A stretch of DNA of 64,000 nucleotides from Takakia lepidozioides. Lineage: Eukaryota > Plantae > Bryophyta. Below, in pieces: positions 12,510-23,634 of the stretch. The stretch covers positions 79,298,001 through 79,362,000 of the forward strand of contig CM060731.1 of the NCBI GenBank assembly GCA_030704615.1, in the 5' to 3' direction. Under the pieces are notes generated by a model. The model did not search any database. It saw only the letters and a program-made list of their open reading frames with translations, and had not been told where the DNA came from. The position numbers and the translations under genes were made by a program. Each line of letters starts with the position of its first letter. Position 1 is the first letter of the stretch.

Positions 12510-12870
12510 TGAATCCATCTCACAAACCTCCCTGACTCTTCTCATATCCATTGTGCATTCATCTACACTGTATTCATGCGTGCTCCATTCATGAATTTTT
12601 TCCTTTGTACAACATCCATTGTACATTCATCCTCTGTACTCTTTAATCCACCCCACAAACCTTCCACACTCATTTCATATACGTTGTGCATTCGTCAAAA
12701 GATTTGGTCATGCATCTTCCTGTCATGAATTTTTGTCATTGCTCAACATCCATTATACATTCATCCATTTTACTCTTATCCATCCCTCATTCATCCATCT
12801 ACATTCATTTTTCACACTCATCCATTTTTATCATCCAACTGTACATTCATCCATCCTTTATTCAATGCCT
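12510..12870. repeat. Degenerate TTCATCC-rich subterminal duplication
   Basis: ~12512-12630 resembles ~12646-12770, with many CATCC/TTCAT units. Confidence 0.55.
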
Positions 12871-12944
12871 TTTATTATGTCGTCCAGCTTGTTTCCGCGG
12901 TAAAGGGTGCCAATCCGCGGGAATACACTCCACTTCTTTCTGGG

Positions 12945-13078
12945 CGCGTGGTGACGCGGCCTTCACGTGTGATGACGTGGAGTGAGCCCCGTGACGTGGC
13001 ATTTGCGCAAGGTGACGTGGCGTGAGCGCAGTTGCGCTCACGCGCTCATGTGACCAGGCTCACGCCGAGGCATCCCTG
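12945..13078. repeat. MULE right terminus with TGACGTGG(CGTGAGC) motifs
   Basis: Motifs at ~12973, 12992 and 13013, plus inverted GCTCACGC at ~13036 and ~13058. Confidence 0.8.
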
Positions 13079-13713
13079 TTTATTATGGTGACGCGCCGCA
13101 CGGATGGATTCCCTCCCTCCCCCCCTCTATATCTCAAATTGCTGAGCCCAGCATGATGCAAAGCACCAGAGTGATGGAGTATCCGGTCTGGCTGACCCGC
13201 GGCCAGGCTACTGGCCCACTCGATGGACGGCCCCCTACTTCATGCGACAGAGGCAAGCAACGCCATCTCGAATCCGAGATAACGGAAACAAAGGCGAGCT
13301 CAACGCCCGCTTCAATCACAGTACATGCTACTCAATACCAGGGAGCATACTCATCCTCCTCCCCAATTATGTATAAGTATTGTCCCCCTCCTCATAGTTC
13401 CCACATTGTTCTCTTTGTTTCGTTCCCACCCTCTATCCTGCTGCGGTCCTGCATCAGTTCACTGCCAGGCCTGGCACAATACCTCACTACCTACCTTAAT
13501 CCACAGAGTTCATCCTCACAACCCGCTACTTCCCCCCAACATACCACTACTGCGTAAGAATGTTGATTGCAAGCATGCTCGGAGTGGTAAGAACCAGTGT
13601 TGGTCGGGTACCATGTTTTGAGCCGTCTCCCGGTCCCGGTTATGGCGTACTCTTTGAAAAAAATGGATGGCCGGGGCAGGGTATACCAATAGGTTTGAAA
13701 AACATCTCGGAGA

Positions 13714-13991
13714 CTGGGCGCCAGATAGACGGGATGTTTCGTATCTAAAACCCGCAATTGGTACAGACAGGCTTTTACTTCATCTTTGTGATTAATATTC
13801 AACGGACGATACACCATGCTTCTTGGAGCAAGTTCCATCCTTGAGATGTCAATTGAGATTATGTGGTTGAACCCAAAAGAAAACATGTCTTTGTAGTCAT
13901 TCTACAGACTTTGATTCATCGCCTCGCACTTCACCTTGTCGAAAATCTCGCCAGCTTTTGGCTTCTTGTTGTCATTCATAAATACAATATC

Positions 13992-14025
<34 letters not shown>

Positions 14026-14590
14026 CCCTGCTCCTCCTCATTCTCAGTCTGAGAGGATCCCGCCGTGGACTTCCGTTTCCCTTTACCCTTTGCACCCTTC
14101 GCTGCCGCATCGTCTCGTTGTTTTCTGTTGATGTTTCCCTACGCATGGAGTACATCTTGGAAAATGCTCCAAGCTCGTACGAATCCCTGAGCAGTCAGGG
14201 CTGCACCACCTTCAGGGAAAGTGAATCCCATCTTTACAGCTGGTTTCATCATTGCATTGCGAACACGACGAGATTCCAGAGAAAAGCCAAACGTCTTTTT
14301 CGCTCTACCATCCTCCAAGATGAAAACCACCATCATTGGATTCTGCACGTCCGACTCCATCTCAACAGCTTTAACGTAGCCATAATTAAGCTCCTTCACC
14401 TCCGCTCCAATCTTGAAGGAAAACTTCGGTTGGTGGTCAGGAGATACACCCACAAGATTTATTCCTCACTCGGAGATCGCCTGGTTAAGAGTATACAAAG
14501 CTACGTGGTCTATGCTGAAGTTTGGCGATTTTGTTGAGATGAACTCCCCACATATCTCCTTGCATATGCCAACCAGACAATCTGCCGGTA
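13714..14590 (-). pseudogene. 5' part of the outer-element ParB-like gene (N-terminal region and first half of the ParB-like domain)
   Basis: ORF 14139-14453 continues through a stop and a poly-A (Lys) tract into YKDMFSFGFNHIISIDISRMELAPRSMVYRPLNINHKDEVKACL...KHPVYLAP. This complements the GQH exon at 1438-1560. Confidence 0.55.
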
Positions 14591-15825
14591 TGTTTGACTG
14601 ACCACTGAACATGAAACACAACATTATGTTATCTGGATTAGATATCTCATGGCATTATTTCAGGATTGAGAGGAAAGGCCGAAGTTTGAAACAAATCATA
14701 ATGTTACGGATATCAGGCCAATATACAAATGGGAATCCCACTGGGAAGAAATGGAATTGAAAGAAACCAACTTACAATTAAGCTAGAATATGGGACATTC
14801 AATTGTGACTGCAATATGGAATAAATGGAATGGAATAAATCAAAGTCATAGTTAAACTGGAAATCTCAAAAGCTGCAGATCATTTAATTGGTTTCAAAAA
14901 TCATGAAGAATACTTTATTATTCAATAGTGAAGAACAAAAACGGAGACATCGTTGGCGTTTAAATGTACTGTCATATATGCCTGCCTAAAACTGAGATGA
15001 AGGACTATATCATGGTGATTCAGGACACCCCCAATGAATCTCTTAAAAACTTCTCGGGTACCCAGAAAGTGATCCTACTGATTATTGTGGGTATTCAATG
15101 GAACCACATGGAGATTCTGAACTGGTTCGAATACACTCCAGTGAGCCCGTGAAGAATCTTTCTATTTCTGATGAATGGTCGGAACTTACAGTTGACATAG
15201 GTGTGTATTGTGCCAAAAATGAGGCCAATGCAGCCGACCCGGGTCTGAGGTGGCTAAAGTATCCTATTGGTGAGTATTATGGGGATCCCGGAGTATACCC
15301 TTGCGACAAGGGTGTATACTTTGGGGATGCCAGAGTGTACTCTGGTGATACGGAGTATACTCCGTGGATCCGAGTGTATAATCTTGGGTATCTGGCGTAT
15401 ACGCAGGGTACATAGCACATAAATCATTTGATTCCGCCGATACTTCAGCTACAGGATCTCCGGAAGACCCTCCACAATATTGTTCTAGAAAAGAACTTAA
15501 AGCTACTGACCCAGGAGGAACGTCGCAAAAATATCCTATTGGTGAATAATTGTCATGATCGTCTGATTCAGGGGAGTAGGTGTCAGGCTCCTCTGTGGAT
15601 GGAATTGTAGAAACTAGAGATGATATAACATGAACTCCTTCGGAAGGTCCCGTCATAATAACCGCAGCTCCGCATTCACCTTGTGAGGAGGGTGAAAGCG
15701 TTGCCTTGTGTCCGGTATGTCCCATCTTCCTCTCCTCCTTCATCGAACACGAATCCACCACACTGGAAGAATCATCAAGAACTCGTGCCCAGTTACAGAT
15801 TGTACAGAATGAGACACGCGAAGAA

Positions 15826-18800
15826 CGCGCGATCGCGCGTATTTGGTCCACAGTTTTCCCTCCAGTAACGTAAAATCCGATTGTAAGCAACAACGAGGTT
15901 GCTAAGCATGGCGAACAGAATCCATATACATGACTTTGTTCTTTCAGTCATATAAGAGTATCCTGACATCTGTTATCCCAAGAAAATTCTTCTGAGCTGT
16001 AGGAACATCAGAACCACGCGCGATCGCGCGTTATTGAGTTGAGGCACAGATGAACTAATTTCATCCCAATGCGAGAAGTCTACCGGAAGGACTATTAAAG
16101 TACATTGAGAACATTGAGGATTATCTAGCTGGGAGTCGTTTTTATTTATGTTTAGAATAAGACTGAAACAAAGAAGTCAAATTCGCGCTATTGCGCAAGG
16201 TTCAATAATTGCATAATCCTTAAAATTGAAAACAATGAGTTTACTGTCGTACTAATGAATGATTTCTTTGACCCCGTACAGTTTGGTATTAGCTACTGTT
16301 CGTTAGTTCTCCTGTAGGTGACGACTTGCATTGAATGAAGCACGCGCGATCGCGCGCGTACCTTTAAATCATTCTTGGACATCATATCTTCACTGTCTAA
16401 TCTGAAAGAATGCTCGACATATTCGATGAACAACCTAAACGATGTTGACGACAAGTAATATTTCAAACTGCCCTGGACTTTTGGATTGATATTTGGATAC
16501 TATTGTATACTATTGTGTCCACACTAAACACCTCCGCCCATCATACATAAGAGTGACAATGCCACCACATATAGGAATTATCATACTCTGTGTGTATGGC
16601 AAGACAGATAAAGTGCGACGGAAGATTTTAGTTGACATTGTATAATGTGAACTAATGTCTTCCGAAACACTTTACAATTTTGAGTATGCACTCAGACATA
16701 TCCTCATATGTGTCATCTAATCATCTGGGTATCAATGGTGTTGTTGTGGTCGCTAGAATACAAGTACCAACCAAATGAAGCACGCGCGATCGCGTGTGCT
16801 TCTTCAGGGCATTCTTTCGCATCACATCTTCAATTTCTCATCCAATGCAGTAAACTACGGAATCAAATTAGCGCGATTGTTCAAGGTTCAATAATTGCAT
16901 AATCCTTAAAATTTAAAAAACTGAGTTTATTGTCCTACTAATGAATGATTTCTTCGACCTAGTTTGGTATTAGCTACTGTTCGTTAGTGCTCCTGTAGAT
17001 GACGACTTTTACTGAATGAAGCACGCGCAATCGCGCGTGCTTTATTCAGACCATTCCCTTGTTGAAAGTGCTTATTGGCCTCGCTCCAAGTCCTAACTAA
17101 ACCATGTTTCGCAATACTATCACTGAAATAAACACGGGCGATCGCGCGAGGATTCTCCACGGCTTACAAAATCACTAGGAATCCCTATTTCGAAAGGCAC
17201 GTAATGCAGATCATGGAAATAATGTGCATAACCGAATTGAGCCAAAAACACAGTTCGCTATCCAGAAATTGTACATGGTAAAATGAGTTCACGCGTCGCG
17301 CGTGAATGGACTGTGTCATGGTACCTATACTGAGGCCTACACCATAGGCTGCAAAACCTAAACAGTTGCCAACTGTACCTACGAACCCTATGAAGTCGGA
17401 ATTTCTCATGTCTCGAATCCGGAGTCGTTCCTCAAGGAAAGCGTACATATCCCGAAATCTTCCACAATTCCCAATCCTTCTATCGACCATCCTACCTCTT
17501 TAACCCTGGAATCAATCCAAAAATCAAAACAACTAATCAAAACAATCAAAACAAGCAATCATTCGCTCAAACAAGCAAACAATCAAGCAAACAATCAATC
17601 AAGCATGCAACTTCTACGTTCTTGCAATCTCTGCAGCCCACGGAAGAATCCCTCATTGCATACACGAAGAAGACGGGAATTTTTTTTACCTACTTGATGC
17701 CATTTCAAGCAAGGATCTTCCCTGAAGGGCTGGATGAGCTCTCTCGCTCGGGTGCGCACAACAACTTCCGGGATAGCGCACTCTTTTGTTTTGCCCTCCT
17801 TTCACTCTGTCACACTCCCCCGTACACGGTGAATTGCTCAAACCCATACTCACTCCAACTCACGCTCCCTCGATCTCTCACTCTCTCGCTTCCTCGATCT
17901 CCACCTCTCTGCCTCTCTCGCTCAGTCGCTCTCTCTCGCATCTCTTCCTTGAGTCCAAAATTGAACAGGGCTTCCGCGTGTATAAAATGAATGCAAAAGG
18001 AGACTCATTTTGGTCACTCCTCCTTATATGCCTTACCACCTGTGATCTCAACCGTCGGCGTTATGTCGCATCCGACGGTTTGTGGCCTCGATGCATGGAT
18101 GAATGAAAGGCGGGATGTTTCCCAATGGTTCGCTGAGGACCACTAAATTTATGCAGGTACAATCAATGATGCGGCATGACTGTCAGTAATGAATGGACTC
18201 CACTAGTCTGTCCAGAGCGTTACGGCGCGGCAATCCGACGCCTTCATAAAGTGAACACCCAGGAATTATTGCGGGTTCCCGTGACGACGCTCATCCATGA
18301 GGGTAGTTGAATCATCCACTAGGGCAGTCATCTCATCCAGTATACCTCTGTTTCATCCGCGAAGGCTCTTATTTCATCTAATGATAAAATATTATTCATA
18401 GGTTCAATAATGAGGTGTCGGGACGTGCATCTGGGATTTGATCGGTCTCACGTTTTCTCTACCTACACCTCATCTACGGACCCACGTTCATTGCGGCTAC
18501 TTAATGTCACCTTGCCATAGATGGCCGCCGGCTCATCACAATTGCCTTAAGAGGCGGCCACTTTCGTCGCCGACTATTCCTTCTCTTGTATCATTAATTC
18601 AACATTGGATTTGCTGCTTCTCTGGTGCTTTGGATGTCAGATTCCAGATCTCGAACTTGTTAGTTATTCGCATTGGACGCAATAACTTATGGACCCATTA
18701 ATGTTCGGTGGATTTCAGACTCCTTCTTGAGTTTATGCTCTGGAGGACACATAATAGCCACTAGATTACACGAAAGAGCATATCCAGGGCGACAATTTGT

Positions 18801-20964
18801 CGATCCATAACACTCCAAACGCACCTCTGTAATGTGAACACGTCGACCTCATACTGTTTGACAATCTGTATAAGAGTCTGCCCTGTGCACGCATGCCATT
18901 TTTTCCCTCTCAGTTGCTCTGGCTCGCTGATCTTCAGGACGTTCATTCTTCCCTTTGTACTCCTGTCAATATTGAGAGCCTCTCCACTTCATTTGGGTTT
19001 CTCTTCTGTCTCTCTGCTCCTCTGTTCCCATCCACTATCTACAAAGATCTTACATACACACCCGACCGTTTTATGTACTTCGAATGATCACTCGCACTAC
19101 AACTATTTCGTTCATCCATGTTTTCATTTATTCATCCATTTTCTTACTTGTCATCCGAAACTTGTCTACCATTATTCATCCGTCCTTCATTTCATCCATC
19201 TCAACCACGCGCGAACGTCCGTCGATGTGGTTCTATTTCTGTTATGGAGTCGTAGACAATGTTGTGCATTTGGGTTGTAGCTTTAGCAGATCCTTTAATT
19301 TTCTACAAATTTCGGTTTCAACCAATAGAGACCTACGTTGTACATTCTGGTACATAATCCGAGAGTCCGAGTTCTATTTTCAATTTCCAAATCATTATAA
19401 CCATAAACGCGGGCGATCGCGCGAGGTTCCTTTTCATCTTCATCCTCAGTTTTTCTAAACAAACTTCAGTAACTTATTGTTTCACTCTTTCTTAGTGTAA
19501 ATCGATATAGTGCCGAATCATTAATCACCAGAATCTCTACTGTAGGATACACGCGCGATCGCGCGAGGTTCGTGGAAATGTCGTTGTTCCAAACTGGTCA
19601 ACAAGTTTTCCTCACTCTTCAGGGCTCGAACTCTATCGTCTCAACGTGACTGGTTGCAGAAGTTGCCATGGACGACAGCTAAACGGGTCCACAATATCTG
19701 TTGTTATAGTGTCTTGCGATCCGACACATTCTTCTGTGTCTTTGCCATATCCACACATGGATGCGGACTATTTGGGAGAAATAATCGTTTGGGATGTGGT
19801 GCAAATTCAAAAAGATACTGGGACTGACACCAACACCAACAATGAGGTTCCTCGGTTCTCGGAGGTCAAAGTGACATCTGCGGCTGATTACCATCCAATA
19901 AATTCAATGAACAAATTGAATCTGACATGTCGAGGCCGTCTCCGAATAACGATGTTGCTATGGGTAGAGACAGTTGGAGAAATAAATTGTGTATTCTCAT
20001 TGGAGATGAATAAAGTGCTTTGTATGAGGGCAGAATTCAAGCATGTCATCCTGACGAGGTGATACTTTGTGAGAAAGTTGGAGAACATCACGTCGGGGTG
20101 CTCGTTACAAAGATTTTGAATGGCGGTTCGACCAATCTCGTGTGTTTCGTGAACTGGCCATTGACGCAGACTCGGTTGATTGATAGTGGCAGGACATTGT
20201 CACATGAGCTTCATAGGTTCATCAATAGCCGGGAACAAACAGATATTGGTCACAACGAGAAAGGTGTGAAAAGAGCAACATACCGACATTTCAACAGACC
20301 AAAAAAAGATCCGAAAAAAGACGATTCCAAAAAGATAAATACTCGTCTCTCTCTGCAGGAGTTCAAGAAGTCAGCAGCAAACAATGTTGCAATTTACAGT
20401 ATTGCCAATATTTCGACTAAAGAAAAACACTCGCTATCCGGACCGCTTATTGGGGATCCTCTTATGACGAACGGAGAGAGCTCGGTTTTGATGTTCCCAA
20501 AAGACTTCATCGAATCGACGGGGTTTCGACAAAGGCCTACATAACCATTGAGGGCGTTGATGTGTGTGAGACAGCTTGGTGGACAATTCACGGAATCGGT
20601 CGTTCAACCTACATAGAATACAAAAAACTAAGCAGAGAGGGTGTGGTTACATCGTTGCACGGGAATTCCGGAGTGAAACGGCTCCGTCCACAAACTCGTC
20701 AAGCTGAAGGAAACTTAAGGTCGATTATAAACGGAAATTCCGATCTCATGCCTCATAAGACCCGCTGTATTGGAGACGGACGGAGAGATACTCTTTGAGT
20801 TCTGCCACCTGAACTGAACTGGAAAAAAATTCGTGAGGAGTGTAATGAGGTCAGTTCTTCTTCTTTTTACCACTTTCCGAATTCTATATTTTTTGGGACC
20901 TTCCCTGTTTTGCTTCCACGCAATGTATTAGACCTCTCACTATTAAAGCTCGGGCGATCACGCA
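15826..20964. repeat. Dispersed palindrome CGCGCGATCGCGCG (outer element)
   Basis: Exact or near-exact copies at 15826, 16017, 16343, 16783, 17024, 17135, 19410 and 19552; degenerate copies at 17290, 19208 and 20951 (intron). Confidence 0.9.
16178..17042 (+). repeat. ~180-bp direct repeat (about 16178-16360 and 16865-17042), each copy ending in the palindrome
   Basis: Shared CAAGGTTCAATAATTGCATAATCCTTAAAATT...GTTTGGTATTAGCTACTGTTCGTTAGT...TGAATGAAGCACGCGC. Confidence 0.9.
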
Positions 20965-22930
20965 AGGTTCATCCCCCCCTGCCTGTCTTGCAGGCGAATA
21001 AAATATGTGGGTTGAAGCCTATCTCCCAAGCAGCCGTCAGCAGAATCAGACAACGGATTTTTCCAATGTCAAGGTTAGAAAAAGTGGTAGCACGTTTGCC
21101 AAATGCACAGACTGTGAGATGCTCAAAGACCTAATCAAGAAGTCAGTCAAACGTAGCGATGAGCAGGCCTCGCACAAGAAAGCACTTGATAAGCACCTCA
21201 GGCTTCAGGAGTCTTGCAGGAGACTCTATCACAGCTGGAGGAATGAGTCAGCTATGATGCCGTCCGAGTTCCTCTGCATCATTCATGACAAGATGGATCA
21301 TCGGAAAACAGCTATTCCAAGGTTGCAGACAACGAACAAGATGGTCTCCGGCTTAGGTCAGCTTCCAATCTCGCTAACCGGCATGGTCACCCACGGCCAC
21401 GGGGACGGAGCCTACGGACAGTACTCTCTGGACTTCTGGCCGGGAGACCCGAACTTCACGATTGGCTCTCTAGCAAGATGCCTGCGCCAACTAGAGAAGC
21501 TTTCTTACCGCGAAAGTCGTAACATCTTTGACCACCCACCTCAGAATTCTTTTTTTGAATCTCTCATGAAGGGTAAATCGAGGTGTCTTGACGTCCTGAA
21601 ACCTTTCGGCGATAAGGAGAAGAAAAAAAATGAAAAATCCCACTTCCGCGAAGACTCTACCTGCAGTTGGACAACTGCGTGAAGGAAAACAAAAACAGGT
21701 GGATGCTGGCTTTTCTGTCGCTCCTAACTGCGAGAGGAGTGTTTGAGGAGATTCAGATGGGATTTCTCATGGTTGGCCATACCCATGAGGACATCGACGG
21801 ATTTTTTCAGTTATTTATCGAAGAAGCTGAAGCAAAACAACACCTACGTTCTCTCTGATCTAATGAGGTTTTTTATGATCTCTCAAGATCTGCAATTTAT
21901 TCCTCAAATCATTCAAGAGGTGCCAGATTTCAAGGCGTATGTGGACGGTTGCATTCTCGATGGAAAAGAGGTTTTAGTTGGGCAAACAAAAGTATTTCGA
22001 TTCTATGTAGATGAAAATGGTTGGCCTGTCATGAAGTTTAAGAAGTTTGCTACTGATTCTGAGTGGCTCCCCAGAAGTGCGGTGAAGATGTGGAAGTCGA
22101 ATCCCGATGGATCTCCAAAGTTGCCTGTAGCAGTACAACCCATGGCTGTAAAAAAAATGCCAATTTGGGGTGTGGGAGATGACTCATCCGATAAACAGTC
22201 TTTTCTCAAAACTGGAATTAAAAAATACAGGGAGTTCTGGAAGAAGGGGATGTTACTTGACGATCATTATCGTGATATCATGATACAGTATGATCAATAC
22301 TGGGAAGCAATCCTTGCAGAACTTGATCTTCCCATTCCTGGAGAATCACGACATTCAATCGCGCTTAAAGAGGGTTTTTGGCCCTCAACCAAGTGGGCTG
22401 TCAACCACCACAGAGTCGGAATCCATACACCTGCAGAGGATGATCTTTCGGAAGAAGATGAAGTCATGGAGCCGTATTGTGGCCCCCGGTGTGATAGACC
22501 GAAGTAGCCTCTAAATCCGTTCAAGGACGTTGAGAACGGATTCTTCGTCTTGGTTCGACCAGTAGATACTGTGACGTTTCCAGTTTGGATGGGGATGGCA
22601 ATATTGGATGTGGTCCGTGACAGAGGATCCAGGAATTTTAAGAATGTTCACGTCGAATGGTGGAGACCCAAGAAAGGAGGTAGCCCTTCCGATTTGGACA
22701 GGTACAGAGATTGTTGGTCCAAAGTTTGGGAGTTCAATCCAAATGATCCCCCTCAGTGGATTCACATTAACTCTGTCGTTTGGACAATGCCCGCCAGAAA
22801 AAACACGACACGTAATAGCTCTAAGAAAATTACCGCGGTGGAGGTGGAGAAAGCACGAGCAAATTTGGATGAGGCCAATCAACAGTCAGACAATGAAGAC
22901 AAAGCAACCTCGGGCGGAAAACAAGGTTGA
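19600..22930 (+). pseudogene. DUF7869/Sola-like DDE transposase, frameshifted
   Basis: Cys cluster and VCETAWWTIHG; FAKCTDC; CIIHDKMD; LYLQLDNCVKENKNRWMLAFLSLL; FLMVGHTHEDIDGFFSYLSKKL. Intron at ~20850-20991, several frameshifts, and a stop at 22505 before a C-terminal beta-rich domain. Confidence 0.8.
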
Positions 22931-23634
22931 CAAAGACATATTGTGGAGGTTCACTCCTCGACATGTTTTCAAGAATAAAACTAATGTTTTACCTCCACTC
23001 TCCATTTGTTTCTCTTCACGTGTTCAAATATTAATCTACCTTCTTTGCCAGCCACCAATTTTTTTCCGGACCTCATCTCTGTAACGTTTTAGGAACCTCG
23101 AGTGATCATCCGGAGTTCCTAGTTTTCCTAATGTCACTGCTTCCTTCTCTTTGCAGTTCATCTCTCACATTACACCCATTTCTTTTGGTTCTCTGGTTCT
23201 CACCAAAGTGTCTTCTTCTCAACAGATTCGTCCATCTCCTTCATTCTCGGTCCACATGGTCGTATTGTTGGGCTCAATATGATTGGTCTAAAAAATGTCT
23301 TGAGTATAAACTGCGTGGCAATTTGTGAAAGTTGTTGCTTCAATGGACAAGCTTTCTCGCGGTTGCTTGTGAATCTTGTGAATCTTGTGAATCTTCTCCC
23401 ATTACTCGTCAGTAGCTTTCTGTAAGTCAAGTACAGAGTTACATTTCCTTTACTGCCTTTTCGGACTATCTTAAGATTCTTCTCAATTTTCTTCGTCACT
23501 AATCAGTCCTGAACCTCGCTTTGCCACCCGTTATTCCGTGTCATCTCAGGTCAATTTATCTTGGGTCTGTTTATCTTATTAGGACCTTTTAAAGATAATA
23601 CTTCTGGGGCCTTCAGTCCTTACATTGTCCTCAC

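Larger units (their letters stand above)
1629..13078. mobile_element. Mutator-like element (MULE), 11,450 bp, with 9-bp TSD
   Basis: Flanked by CTTATTATG (1620-1628) and TTTATTATG (13079-13087). The ends are imperfect 21-bp inverted repeats (CAACGACGCAATGGCGTGAGC vs reverse complement CAGGGATGCCTCGGCGTGAGC). It contains a MULE transposase. Confidence 0.85.

Noticed and set aside
1533-13713. LTR element or third nested transposon defined by the flanking CTGGG 5-mer
   Set aside because: No TG...CA ends, TIRs or coding hallmarks; a 5-bp match may be chance.
13863-14537. 224-aa ORF with poly-Phe (membrane protein)
   Set aside because: Antisense to the ParB-like pseudogene; the poly-Phe comes from a homopolymer tract.
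15098-15893. ORFs with short GVY/EYTP repeats
   Set aside because: Overlapping opposite-strand ORFs over a degenerate ~21-bp repeat. Neither strand nor product could be supported.
15826-19565. Cyanobacterial HIP1 (GCGATCGC) indicating symbiont contamination or HGT
   Set aside because: The octamer is always embedded in a longer 14-bp palindrome. The surrounding genes have GT-AG introns and eukaryotic transposon domains, and the DNA is contiguous with plant genes.
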